Assembly (NCBI GenBank): GCA_014859305.1
Contig: JACUUM010000003.1
Coordinates: 550-64,549, forward strand
DNA from: Coriobacteriia bacterium
GTDB lineage: Bacteria; Actinomycetota; Coriobacteriia; Anaerosomatales; Kmv31
Reading direction: 5' to 3'
DNA: 64,000 nt
Of the stretch, positions 1 through 7,952 are shown one piece after another. The translations under genes were made by a program, and so were the position numbers. Below the pieces are notes generated by a model, which was not told the DNA's origin, ran no database searches, and saw nothing but the letters and a program-made list of their open reading frames with translations. Every line of letters begins with the position of its first letter. The first letter of the stretch is position 1.

Positions 1-1101
1 GCCGCCGCGCGGAAGGTGGACGTGGTGACCACGGGCACGTTCGGGCCGATGTGCTCCAGCGGGGCATTCCTCAACTTCGGGCACGCCGACCCGCCGATAA
101 AGATGGGCGAGATCGAGCTCAACGACGTGCCGGCCTCGGGCGGGCTGGCGGCCGTCGACACGTACCTCGGCGTCACCGAGCCCTCGCGCACGAGGGGCAT
201 CGAGTACGGCGGGGCGCACGTGATCGAGGACCTGCTGCGCGGACGCGCGGTGCGCCTGCGGGCGCGCGGCCCCGGGACGGACTGCTACCCGCGGACCGAG
301 ATCGACACATGGGTCACGCTGGACGACCTCAACCAGGCCTACCTCTTCAACCCGCGCAACGCCTACCAGAACTACGCCGTCGCGGTGAACTCGACCGACC
401 GCACGCTGCGGACCTACCTCGGCACGCTGCTGCCGAAGTACGGGAACGCGACGTACTGCTCCTCGGGCTCCCTCTCGCCGTTGCTCAACGACCCGACGTA
501 CCGCGCCATCGGCGTGGGCACGCGCTGCTTCGTCGCGGGCGCGCCGGGCTTCGTGGCGTGGGAGGGCACGCAGCACAACCCGAACCAGGCGCGCGACGAC
601 AACGGCGTCCCGGTGGCGCCGTCGGGCACTCTGGCCGTGATCGCGGACCTCAAGGCCGCCGACGCGGGGTTCTTCTCGGCGGCGACGATGAGCGGGTACG
701 GGGTGAGCGCCTTCGTCGGGGTCGGCGTGCCGATCCCGGTGCTCGACGAGGACCTGGCCGCGACGCTGGCGCTGACCGACGCGCAACTCTCGGCGACGGT
801 GTTCGACTACGGGGTGGCGCGGCGCAGCCGGCCGAACCTCGGCACGGTCACTTACGAGGAGCTGCGCGGCGGCGCGATCGAGGTCGAGGGACGCAAGGTG
901 CCCTGCGGGCCGATCAGTTCCCTGGCGGTCGCCAGGAGGATCGCCGAGGACCTCAAGCGCTGGGTGGCCGAGGAGCGCTTCACGCTCTCTGCGCCGCTGC
1001 GGCCCCTGCCCGGCCCGGGCGCGCCTCCGTTCAAGCCGCTCGAGGAGCGCGGAGAGCCAGAGCCGGTCCTCGGCGCGGAGGAGGCGAGCGGCGATGCGTA
1101 G
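1..1101 (+). CDS. homocysteine biosynthesis protein, COG1900/DUF39 family (N-terminus cut by window edge)
   Basis: The frame of ORF 16..1101 stays open back to base 1 (AAARKVDVV...). Motifs VDVVTTGTFGPMCSSGAFLNFGH, NPRNAYQNY and LNDPTYRAIGVGTR are typical of the MA1821-type family. It overlaps the NIL-ferredoxin partner gene by 8 nt. Confidence 0.8.
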   Translation, partial: AAARKVDVVTTGTFGPMCSSGAFLNFGHADPPIKMGEIELNDVPASGGLAAVDTYLGVTEPSRTRGIEYGGAHVIEDLLRGRAVRLRARGPGTDCYPRTEIDTWVTLDDLNQAYLFNPRNAYQNYAVAVNSTDRTLRTYLGTLLPKYGNATYCSSGSLSPLLNDPTYRAIGVGTRCFVAGAPGFVAWEGTQHNPNQARDDNGVPVAPSGTLAVIADLKAADAGFFSAATMSGYGVSAFVGVGVPIPVLDEDLAATLALTDAQLSATVFDYGVARRSRPNLGTVTYEELRGGAIEVEGRKVPCGPISSLAVARRIAEDLKRWVAEERFTLSAPLRPLPGPGAPPFKPLEERGEPEPVLGAEEASGDA

Positions 1102-1495
1102 GAGACTGGACCTGACCTTCCCTCCCCGGCAGGCCAAGAAGCCGATCACGTGGCATCTGGTGCGAGACTTCGACCTGGTGCCCAACATCCTGCGCGCTCA
1201 GATCCAGCCGGGCCAGTACGGACGGATGGTCGTTGAGGTCAGCGGGAAGCGGGAGGACATCGAGGCCGCGATGGCGTTCCTCGCGCACGAGGGGCTCGAG
1301 GTGCGACCGGCGGCGTCCGACATCGCCTTGGACGAGGAGCGCTGCGTGGTGTGCGGCTTGTGCACCGCCGTCTGCAAGCCCGGCGCGATGGTCCTCGGCG
1401 AGCGGGCCGAGCTCGTGTTCGACAAGGACAAGTGCGTGTACTGCGAGGCGTGCGTGAGCGCATGCCCCAGGCGCGCCGTGACGCTGAGCTTCTAA
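1094..1495 (+). CDS. NIL domain protein fused to a 2x[4Fe-4S] ferredoxin (MA1822-like)
   Basis: N-terminal NIL-like segment (PITWHLVRDFDLVPNILRAQI...GRMVVEVSG). Two CxxCxxCxxxCP motifs (CVVCGLCTAVCKP, CVYCEACVSACP). Confidence 0.8.
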   Translation: MRRRLDLTFPPRQAKKPITWHLVRDFDLVPNILRAQIQPGQYGRMVVEVSGKREDIEAAMAFLAHEGLEVRPAASDIALDEERCVVCGLCTAVCKPGAMVLGERAELVFDKDKCVYCEACVSACPRRAVTLSF

Positions 1496-1506
1496 GAGGG
1501 GGAGAC

Positions 1507-3909
1507 GTGCCCGACATCGGGGTCAGGCTGGGCAGAGAGGTGCTCGTGATCGACGGGGCGATGGGCACGATGCTGCAGCGCGCCGGAGTCCCGCCGGAGC
1601 AGTGCCACGAGCAGCTCAACGTCACAGCGCCCGAGATCGTCGAGCAGGTGCATCGCGACTACGTGATAGCGGGCGCGGACTGCATCACCACCAACACGTT
1701 CGGCGGCACTCGCGCCAAGCTCGACGAGTACGGCCTCGGCGACCAGGCGCGCGAGCTCAACCGCGCCGCCGTACGCATCGCGCGCCGCTCGGGCGCCCAG
1801 CACGTGCTGGCGAGCATGGGGCCTACGGGGCTCGTGCCGGAGCCGCTCGGCGACGCCACGTTCGGCGAGCTCTTCGAGCTCTTCGCGGAGCAGGCTCGCG
1901 CGCTGGCCGAGGAGGGGCCCGACGCCTTCATCGTCGAGACGATGACAGACGTCGCCGAGGCCCGGTGCGCGGTCTTCGCGGCGCGCTCGGCCGCCCCGGA
2001 CCTGCCGGTGATCGCGTCCGTGACGTTCGGGCTCTCGGGACGCACCGACCTCTCCGGGACCGACCCGGCGACGGCGGCGGTAGTGCTCGAGGCCGCGGGT
2101 GCCGCAGCCGTGGGGATGAACTGCGGTCTCGGGCCCGAGCAGATGCTGCCGCTGGTGCGCGCGATGGCCGCTGCCACCGCCTTGCCGGTCGCGGCGCAGC
2201 CCAACGCAGGTCTGCCGTGCCTGGAGGAGGGGCGCACGGTATTCCCCGGTACGCCGGACGAGACCGGCTCGCACGCCGCGCTCTTCGTCGAGGCGGGCGC
2301 GACGCTCGTCGGGAGCTGCTGCGGCTCCACCCCGGCGTTCACGGGCGCGATCTCCGACCTCGCGCGGCGCGTGCCGCTGCCCGCGCGCCAGGCGCCGGCC
2401 GGCGTGGCGCTGGCGGGTCCGCGCGCCTCGGTCCGGATCGGCCCCGGCCTGCCGCTCGCGATCATCGGGGAGCGCATCAACCCCACCGGCAAGAAGGCGC
2501 TCGCGGATTCGTTGAGGGCCGGCTCGATGTCCGTCGTGCGCGAGTACGCGGTCGCCCAGCAGCATGCCGGCGCCGACCTGCTCGACGTGAACGTCGGCGC
2601 CGCGGGCGTGGAGGCGGCCGAGGCGCTGCCCGCGGCCGTCAAGGCCCTCGTGGCGCTCGCCGACCTGCCGCTCGTGCTCGACACGACCGATGCCGTGGCG
2701 CTGGAGCGCTCACTGAAGCTCTATCCTGGGCGCGCGCTGGTGAACTCCGTGGACGGGTCGCCGGACTCGCTGCGGACGGTGCTGCCGCTGGCGGCGCGGT
2801 ACGGCGCCGCGGTGGTCGCGCTGTGCCTCGACGACGATGGCATCCCCGACACCGTCGAGGGCAGGATGGCCGTCCTCGACCGCATCCGCGAGGCGGCGCG
2901 GGGGCACGGGATGTCCGACCGCGACGTCGTGGCCGACTGCCTGACGCTGTCCGCCGCCGCGGATCCTCGAGCGGCGCAGGTGACCGTCGAGGCGGTGTGG
3001 GCGGCGGCGCGCGAGCGGGGGCTGGCGACCGTGCTGGGCGTGAGCAACGTCAGCCACGGCCTTCCGGGGCGCTCCGCGCTCAACGCGGCGTTCCTGGAGA
3101 TGGCCGCCGCCGCCGGGCTCGCGAGCGCGATCGCCGAGGCGGCCGACCGCGAGGTCGCTCGCGCAGCCGCCGCAGCGAACGCGCTGCTGGGCCGTGACCC
3201 TCGCGCCGAGGTCTGGATCGCGCGGGCGGCCCCCCGGGGTCCGGAGGAGCCGGGCGGGGCGATCGGGCCCGGGAGGGCCCGAGAGCGGGCGGCCGCCGCG
3301 CTCGCCGCCGCCGTCGAGAACGGCGACCGTGACGGGGCGCCGCTCCTCGTCGACGACCTGCTGGCGGCCGGCATCGCGGCCGACGCGGTGATCCGCGGCG
3401 TTCTCACGCCCGCGATCCAGCGCCTCGGCGACGCGTTCGGCAGGGGAGAGACGTTCCTGCCGCAGCTGATGGCGGCCGCCGAGGCGATGAAGGCCGCCGT
3501 GGCGCGCGTCAAGGAACACCTCCCCGCCGAGGCCGCGGTCAGCGAGGGCCGGGTGGCTTTCGCCACCGTCAAGGGCGACATCCACTCGATCGGCAAGGAC
3601 ATCTGCGTGAGCCTGCTGGAGAGTCAAGGCTTCGACGTGGACGACCTGGGCGCCGACGTGCCGGCCGAGCAGGTCGCCGAGGCAGCGCGCTCGGCCGACG
3701 TCGTGTGTCTCTCGGCGCTGATGACCACGACGCTCCCCAGGATGGAGGAGGCGGTCCGAGCGGTGCGCGCCGCGGCCCCCGGCATCCCGGTGCTGGTGGG
3801 CGGCGCCGTCGTCACCGCCGAGTACGCCTCCGCCCTGGCCGCAGGTTACGCGGCCGACGCGCCGGGTTGCGTCGAGGCCGTGCGCGCGGCCGTGCGAGTC
3901 GGAACCTGA
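1507..3909 (+). CDS. metH: cobalamin-dependent methionine synthase, core form (Hcy-binding, pterin-binding and B12-binding domains; no AdoMet reactivation domain)
   Basis: GTG at 1507 follows GGGGGAG. Sequence runs LVIDGAMGTMLQ (Hcy domain), GERINPTGKK (pterin domain), then the B12 motif GDIHSIGKD...LSALMTTT. The 800 aa product ends right after the B12 domain. Confidence 0.85.
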   Translation: MPDIGVRLGREVLVIDGAMGTMLQRAGVPPEQCHEQLNVTAPEIVEQVHRDYVIAGADCITTNTFGGTRAKLDEYGLGDQARELNRAAVRIARRSGAQHVLASMGPTGLVPEPLGDATFGELFELFAEQARALAEEGPDAFIVETMTDVAEARCAVFAARSAAPDLPVIASVTFGLSGRTDLSGTDPATAAVVLEAAGAAAVGMNCGLGPEQMLPLVRAMAAATALPVAAQPNAGLPCLEEGRTVFPGTPDETGSHAALFVEAGATLVGSCCGSTPAFTGAISDLARRVPLPARQAPAGVALAGPRASVRIGPGLPLAIIGERINPTGKKALADSLRAGSMSVVREYAVAQQHAGADLLDVNVGAAGVEAAEALPAAVKALVALADLPLVLDTTDAVALERSLKLYPGRALVNSVDGSPDSLRTVLPLAARYGAAVVALCLDDDGIPDTVEGRMAVLDRIREAARGHGMSDRDVVADCLTLSAAADPRAAQVTVEAVWAAARERGLATVLGVSNVSHGLPGRSALNAAFLEMAAAAGLASAIAEAADREVARAAAAANALLGRDPRAEVWIARAAPRGPEEPGGAIGPGRARERAAAALAAAVENGDRDGAPLLVDDLLAAGIAADAVIRGVLTPAIQRLGDAFGRGETFLPQLMAAAEAMKAAVARVKEHLPAEAAVSEGRVAFATVKGDIHSIGKDICVSLLESQGFDVDDLGADVPAEQVAEAARSADVVCLSALMTTTLPRMEEAVRAVRAAAPGIPVLVGGAVVTAEYASALAAGYAADAPGCVEAVRAAVRVGT

Positions 3910-3922
3910 GAGGGTCGGGGAC

Positions 3923-6259
3923 TCACCTCATGGGCGCCTCGCACGACAGCGAGGCTTCCGGCGTGAGCGCGAGCATGGCCACGTCGTCGGCGATACGGCC
4001 CTCCGAGTAGGCTTCGACCCGCGCGAAGACCGCGGCCGTCAGGTCGCCCTCCGCCGGCGCCTCGCGCACGGCCTCCGCGAGCCGCTCCAGCCCGAACAGC
4101 CCGCCCTCGGGGCTGCGAGCCTCCGTCACGCCGTCCGTGTACAGCAGCAACGTGTCGCCGGCGTTCAGGATCGCCTCGCCGTCCTCGAACGTCGCGCCCG
4201 AGAACGCGCCGAGCAGCGGGGAGTCGGTCGGCAGTGTCTCGACGGGCGCCTCTCCGGTCGCTCCGGTCCTGCGCACGATCGCCGGCGGGTGTCCCGCGCT
4301 GCAGTAGCGCAGGCGCCCCGTCGGGCAGTCGTAGACGCCGAAGAACACCGTCACGAACTCCGAGGGTTGGGTCAGGCGGCCCACCGCCTCGTTGATCGAG
4401 GCGAGGACCCGGGCCGGGGAGTAGCCCTCGTAGGCGTAGGCTCGCAGGCTGCTCTTGACGAACGAGATCAGCGTGGCGGCCTCCAGCCCCTTGCCCGAGA
4501 CGTCGCCGACGGCCACGCCGAGGCGCTGGTGCCCCAACTCGAACAGGTCGTAGAAGTCCCCGCCCACCAGCGTCGCCTCCACCGCCGAGCGGTAGAGGTG
4601 GTGGAAGCGCAGGCCGGGGACGGAGACCGGCATCCTCAGCAGCGACTCCTGGAGGCGCAGCGCGACGTCGCGCTCGCGCTCGTAAAGCCTCTCGTTGTCG
4701 TCGGCGAGGCGCTGCACCTGCTCGAACAGGCCCACGTTCTCCAGCGCGTCGGCGACCTGCCCCGCGAACAGCCCTAGCAGCTCCCCTTCGCGCTCCTCCT
4801 CGGCCCACGGCATGACCTGCGGCGCGGCGAGCCCCAGGATCCCGTACCTGGCGGTGCGCGAACTCAGCGGGAGGAGCGCCACCGAGCGGATGTCTCGAGC
4901 CGCCGCGCGGCGTGCCCAGTCGGTGAACGGCAGCAACGTCACGTCCGCGATGACGCGGGGACTGCCCGTGCGCATCACGTCGGCGAGCATGCCTATGGTG
5001 GCGGAGGCGTCGCCCAGCGACCGGGCGTCGAGCTCCACGCCGTGGAGCAGGCGCGGGACGAGCCGCCCCTCCTGCTCGCGGAGTATCCAGACCTCCGTGG
5101 CGCCGAAGAGCTCCCTCGCCCCGCTCACGACCGTCCGGTCCAGAGCGTCCTGCGTGAGAGAGGCCGACAGCGACCTGGCGTTCTGCGAGAGCGCCGAGAG
5201 CCCCTCCACGTAGCGCTTGAGGTCGCGGCGCATCTGGTCGAGCGAGCCGGCGAGCTTCTCGATCTCGTCTCCGGTGGGAGCGACGATCGGCTGGTCGAAG
5301 CGCCCCGCGCCCACCGCGCGGGAGTCCTCCACGAGCTCGCTGAGCGGGCGGACCAGCATGCGGGAGAGCACCCAGACCAGCGCGATCACGACCAGCTGCA
5401 CCGCGACCACGACCGCGACCACGGTGATGAGCTGCTCGCGCAGTCCGGCGAGCACCGCCGCCGAGGGTACGGCGGATCCCGCCCCCCACCCGAACTCACG
5501 GATGGGGACGTCGCTCGCCAGCACCTCCTCGCCGGTCACCGGGTGCGTGGAGAACCCGCCGGCCACGCGCCCGGCCAACGCCTCGCGCACGAACAGCGCG
5601 TCGCGGAAGTTCACGTCGAGCTCTATGTAGGCGGGGTCGCGGCTGCCGTAGACGAGCCTGCCGGTCGAGTCCACGATGTGGACGAAGCCGCGGTGGAGCG
5701 GGACGGGCGCCTCGCGGTTGAACGCCCGCAGCGAGATGAAGGCGGCCACCGCCGCCCCCCGCTCGCCCTCCTCGACCGCACGCACCGCCCAGAACCCGGC
5801 TTCGCCGTTCAAGCTGACCACGTCGGAGAGGACGAAGCGCCCTCGGTCGGCGAGGATGTCCTGCACCTCTCGCCTGTCCGAGAAGTCCCGCCCTTCGAGC
5901 CGTCCTCCCGCGGAGACGCTGACCCGTCCGGCGCTGTCGAGCAGGACGGCTTCGGTCACGGGGTGCTCGGAACCCAGCTCTCGCAGGTCCTCGGCGATGG
6001 CCTCCTCCGAGCCGTGCTCGGCGTGCCGCCCCACGAAGGCCAGCGAAGACGACAGCGATCGCATCTCGCTCTGAAACCCGTCGGCCGCCAGGGTAGCGAG
6101 CTCCTCGCGCTCGAAGAGGGCGAGGCGGACCTGGTCGCGGTAGCGCCCGAGGAACGGCAGACCCAGGGCCACGATGAGCGGCAAGGCTATAATCAGGTAG
6201 ATGCCGACGAGCTTCCGGCCGATGCCCACGCGCCGAATCCTCATGAGGAACCCCTGCAT
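3923..6259 (-). CDS. membrane sensor SpoIIE/PP2C-family phosphatase (TM, extracytoplasmic sensor, TM, HAMP, GAF, PP2C)
   Basis: N-terminal TM helix, an extracellular region of about 250 aa and a second TM. HAMP-like segment PLSELVEDSRAVGAGRFDQPI. PP2C motifs GGDFYDLF and VAVGDVSGKGLEAA, then YTDGVTEA. Confidence 0.8.
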   Translation of the reverse strand: MQGFLMRIRRVGIGRKLVGIYLIIALPLIVALGLPFLGRYRDQVRLALFEREELATLAADGFQSEMRSLSSSLAFVGRHAEHGSEEAIAEDLRELGSEHPVTEAVLLDSAGRVSVSAGGRLEGRDFSDRREVQDILADRGRFVLSDVVSLNGEAGFWAVRAVEEGERGAAVAAFISLRAFNREAPVPLHRGFVHIVDSTGRLVYGSRDPAYIELDVNFRDALFVREALAGRVAGGFSTHPVTGEEVLASDVPIREFGWGAGSAVPSAAVLAGLREQLITVVAVVVAVQLVVIALVWVLSRMLVRPLSELVEDSRAVGAGRFDQPIVAPTGDEIEKLAGSLDQMRRDLKRYVEGLSALSQNARSLSASLTQDALDRTVVSGARELFGATEVWILREQEGRLVPRLLHGVELDARSLGDASATIGMLADVMRTGSPRVIADVTLLPFTDWARRAAARDIRSVALLPLSSRTARYGILGLAAPQVMPWAEEEREGELLGLFAGQVADALENVGLFEQVQRLADDNERLYERERDVALRLQESLLRMPVSVPGLRFHHLYRSAVEATLVGGDFYDLFELGHQRLGVAVGDVSGKGLEAATLISFVKSSLRAYAYEGYSPARVLASINEAVGRLTQPSEFVTVFFGVYDCPTGRLRYCSAGHPPAIVRRTGATGEAPVETLPTDSPLLGAFSGATFEDGEAILNAGDTLLLYTDGVTEARSPEGGLFGLERLAEAVREAPAEGDLTAAVFARVEAYSEGRIADDVAMLALTPEASLSCEAPMR

Positions 6260-6324
6260 GGCGCCCCCGGCTCCCGACGGACGAGGTCGTCCTCGATATC
6301 TCCTACATGGAGGAAGGGCAAACT

Positions 6325-6996
6325 ATGATCATCACCAGGCCCCGGGAGTGGCGGCGCGTCCTGTCCGAGCTCGAGGGGCTCGGCGTCCGGCGGGTGTACG
6401 TGACCGGCTGCGGACAGTGCGCGACGGTGGCGGCGACCGGCGGCGAGCCCGAGGTGGACGAGGCGGCCCGCGCCCTGGCCACGGAGGGCTACGAGGTCGT
6501 CGGCTCCTCCGTCGGCGAGGTCGCGTGCCACTCCGGAGGTACGCGCCTCGAGTTCCGCAAGCACGCCGAGGAGGTCGCGCGCGCCGAGGCGGTCCTCGTG
6601 CTTTCCTGCGGGGCCGGCGTGCAGACGGTGGCCGACGTCGTCCCGGTCCCGGTGCTGCCGGGGCTGGAGTCGGCCTTCCTCGGCAACGTGATACGCCATG
6701 GGGTGTTCGAGGAGCGCTGCCAGATGTGCGGCGAGTGCGTCCTGGCCTCCACGGCCGGTATCTGCCCCGTCACGACGTGTCCGAAGGGTGTGCTGAACGG
6801 GCCGTGCGGTGGGATGTGGGACGGGATGTGCGAGGTGCTGACCGACCGCGAATGCGCCCACGTCCGCATCGGGCGGCGCCTGGCGGAGCAGGGCCGCGGG
6901 CCGGCGCCCGAACTGCCGGCGAAGGACCACTCCGTCAAGCTCAAGCCCGGCGCCGTCGATCTGCGCGCGGCCCGGCGGGGCAAGGGGTCCGGGTGA
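6325..6996 (+). CDS. metV: methylenetetrahydrofolate reductase C-terminal-domain protein (MetV-like Cys-rich subunit)
   Basis: Cys-rich motifs GCGQC, CQMCGECVL, ICPVTTCPKGVLNGPCGG. ATG 6325 is preceded by GGAGGAAGG (alternative ATG at 6307). The stop overlaps the metF start (GTGA). Confidence 0.7.
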   Translation: MIITRPREWRRVLSELEGLGVRRVYVTGCGQCATVAATGGEPEVDEAARALATEGYEVVGSSVGEVACHSGGTRLEFRKHAEEVARAEAVLVLSCGAGVQTVADVVPVPVLPGLESAFLGNVIRHGVFEERCQMCGECVLASTAGICPVTTCPKGVLNGPCGGMWDGMCEVLTDRECAHVRIGRRLAEQGRGPAPELPAKDHSVKLKPGAVDLRAARRGKGSG

Positions 6997-7871
6997 CCCG
7001 TCTGCGCGACGCGCTCCAGGCCGGCGAGTTCGTCGTCACGGGCGAGGTGGCGCCGCCGCGCGGCGTGGACCTGTCGGGCATGCGGCGCTCGGTCGAGACG
7101 ATAGGACCGTGCTGCCACGCGCTGAACGTGACCGACAACCAGGGGGCGAGTCTGCACCTGTCGAGCCTGGCCGCCTCGCGTCTGGTCCTCGAGATGGGCT
7201 TCGAGCCCATCTTCCAGCAGACCTGCCGCGACCGTAACCGCCTCGCGCTGCAATCCGACCTGCTCGCGGCGTGGTCCCTCGGGCTCGAGAACGTGCTCGC
7301 CGTCACGGGAGACGATCCCCGCGGCGGCGACCATCCCGAGGCCAAGGCCGTCTTCGACCTGGACTCCACGCAACTCATCCGCGTCGCGGCAGGGCTGAAC
7401 GACGGCCGCGACATGACGGGGCGGGAGCTGGAGGGCGGCACCGGGTTCTTCGTCGGCGGGGCGCTGTTCCCCGAGGCGGAGCCGTGGGAGGCGCAGCTGC
7501 GGCGTGCGGTCCAGAAGGCCGAGGCGGGCGCGAGGTTCTTCCAGACCCAGGCCGTCTTCGACATCGGAAAGCTCGAGCGCTCCGTGGCGGCGCTGCGCCC
7601 GTACGGGGTGAAGGTCATCGCCGGGATCCTGCTGCTGCGCAGCCCGCGGGTCGTGCGCTTCATCAACGAGCGGCTCGCCGGGCTCATGGTCCCGGAGGAG
7701 ACAGCGGCCAGGATCGTCCGGGCGCCGGATCCCGCCGCCGCCTCGGTCGCGCTGGCCACCGAGCAGGTGCGCGCCGCGCGGGAGGTCGCCGACGGCGTGC
7801 ACCTCATGCCGCTCGGGCTCGACGAGGCCGTGCCCGCGATCCTTCAGGGGGCCGGGCTGCCGGGACGATAG
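6993..7871 (+). CDS. metF: methylenetetrahydrofolate reductase
   Basis: GTG 6993 overlaps the metV stop. Motifs FVVTGEVAPPRG, NVTDNQGASLHLSS, VLAVTGDDP and FFQTQAVFD are typical of the short MetF that pairs with MetV. Confidence 0.85.
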   Translation: MTRLRDALQAGEFVVTGEVAPPRGVDLSGMRRSVETIGPCCHALNVTDNQGASLHLSSLAASRLVLEMGFEPIFQQTCRDRNRLALQSDLLAAWSLGLENVLAVTGDDPRGGDHPEAKAVFDLDSTQLIRVAAGLNDGRDMTGRELEGGTGFFVGGALFPEAEPWEAQLRRAVQKAEAGARFFQTQAVFDIGKLERSVAALRPYGVKVIAGILLLRSPRVVRFINERLAGLMVPEETAARIVRAPDPAAASVALATEQVRAAREVADGVHLMPLGLDEAVPAILQGAGLPGR

Positions 7872-7952
7872 CGGGCGGGGACCCGTGACGGTAGAATGAC
7901 GGTGGGGACTGCGCCCGCGGCGCCATTCCGCCGCTGAGCCGGCGGAGTCGCC

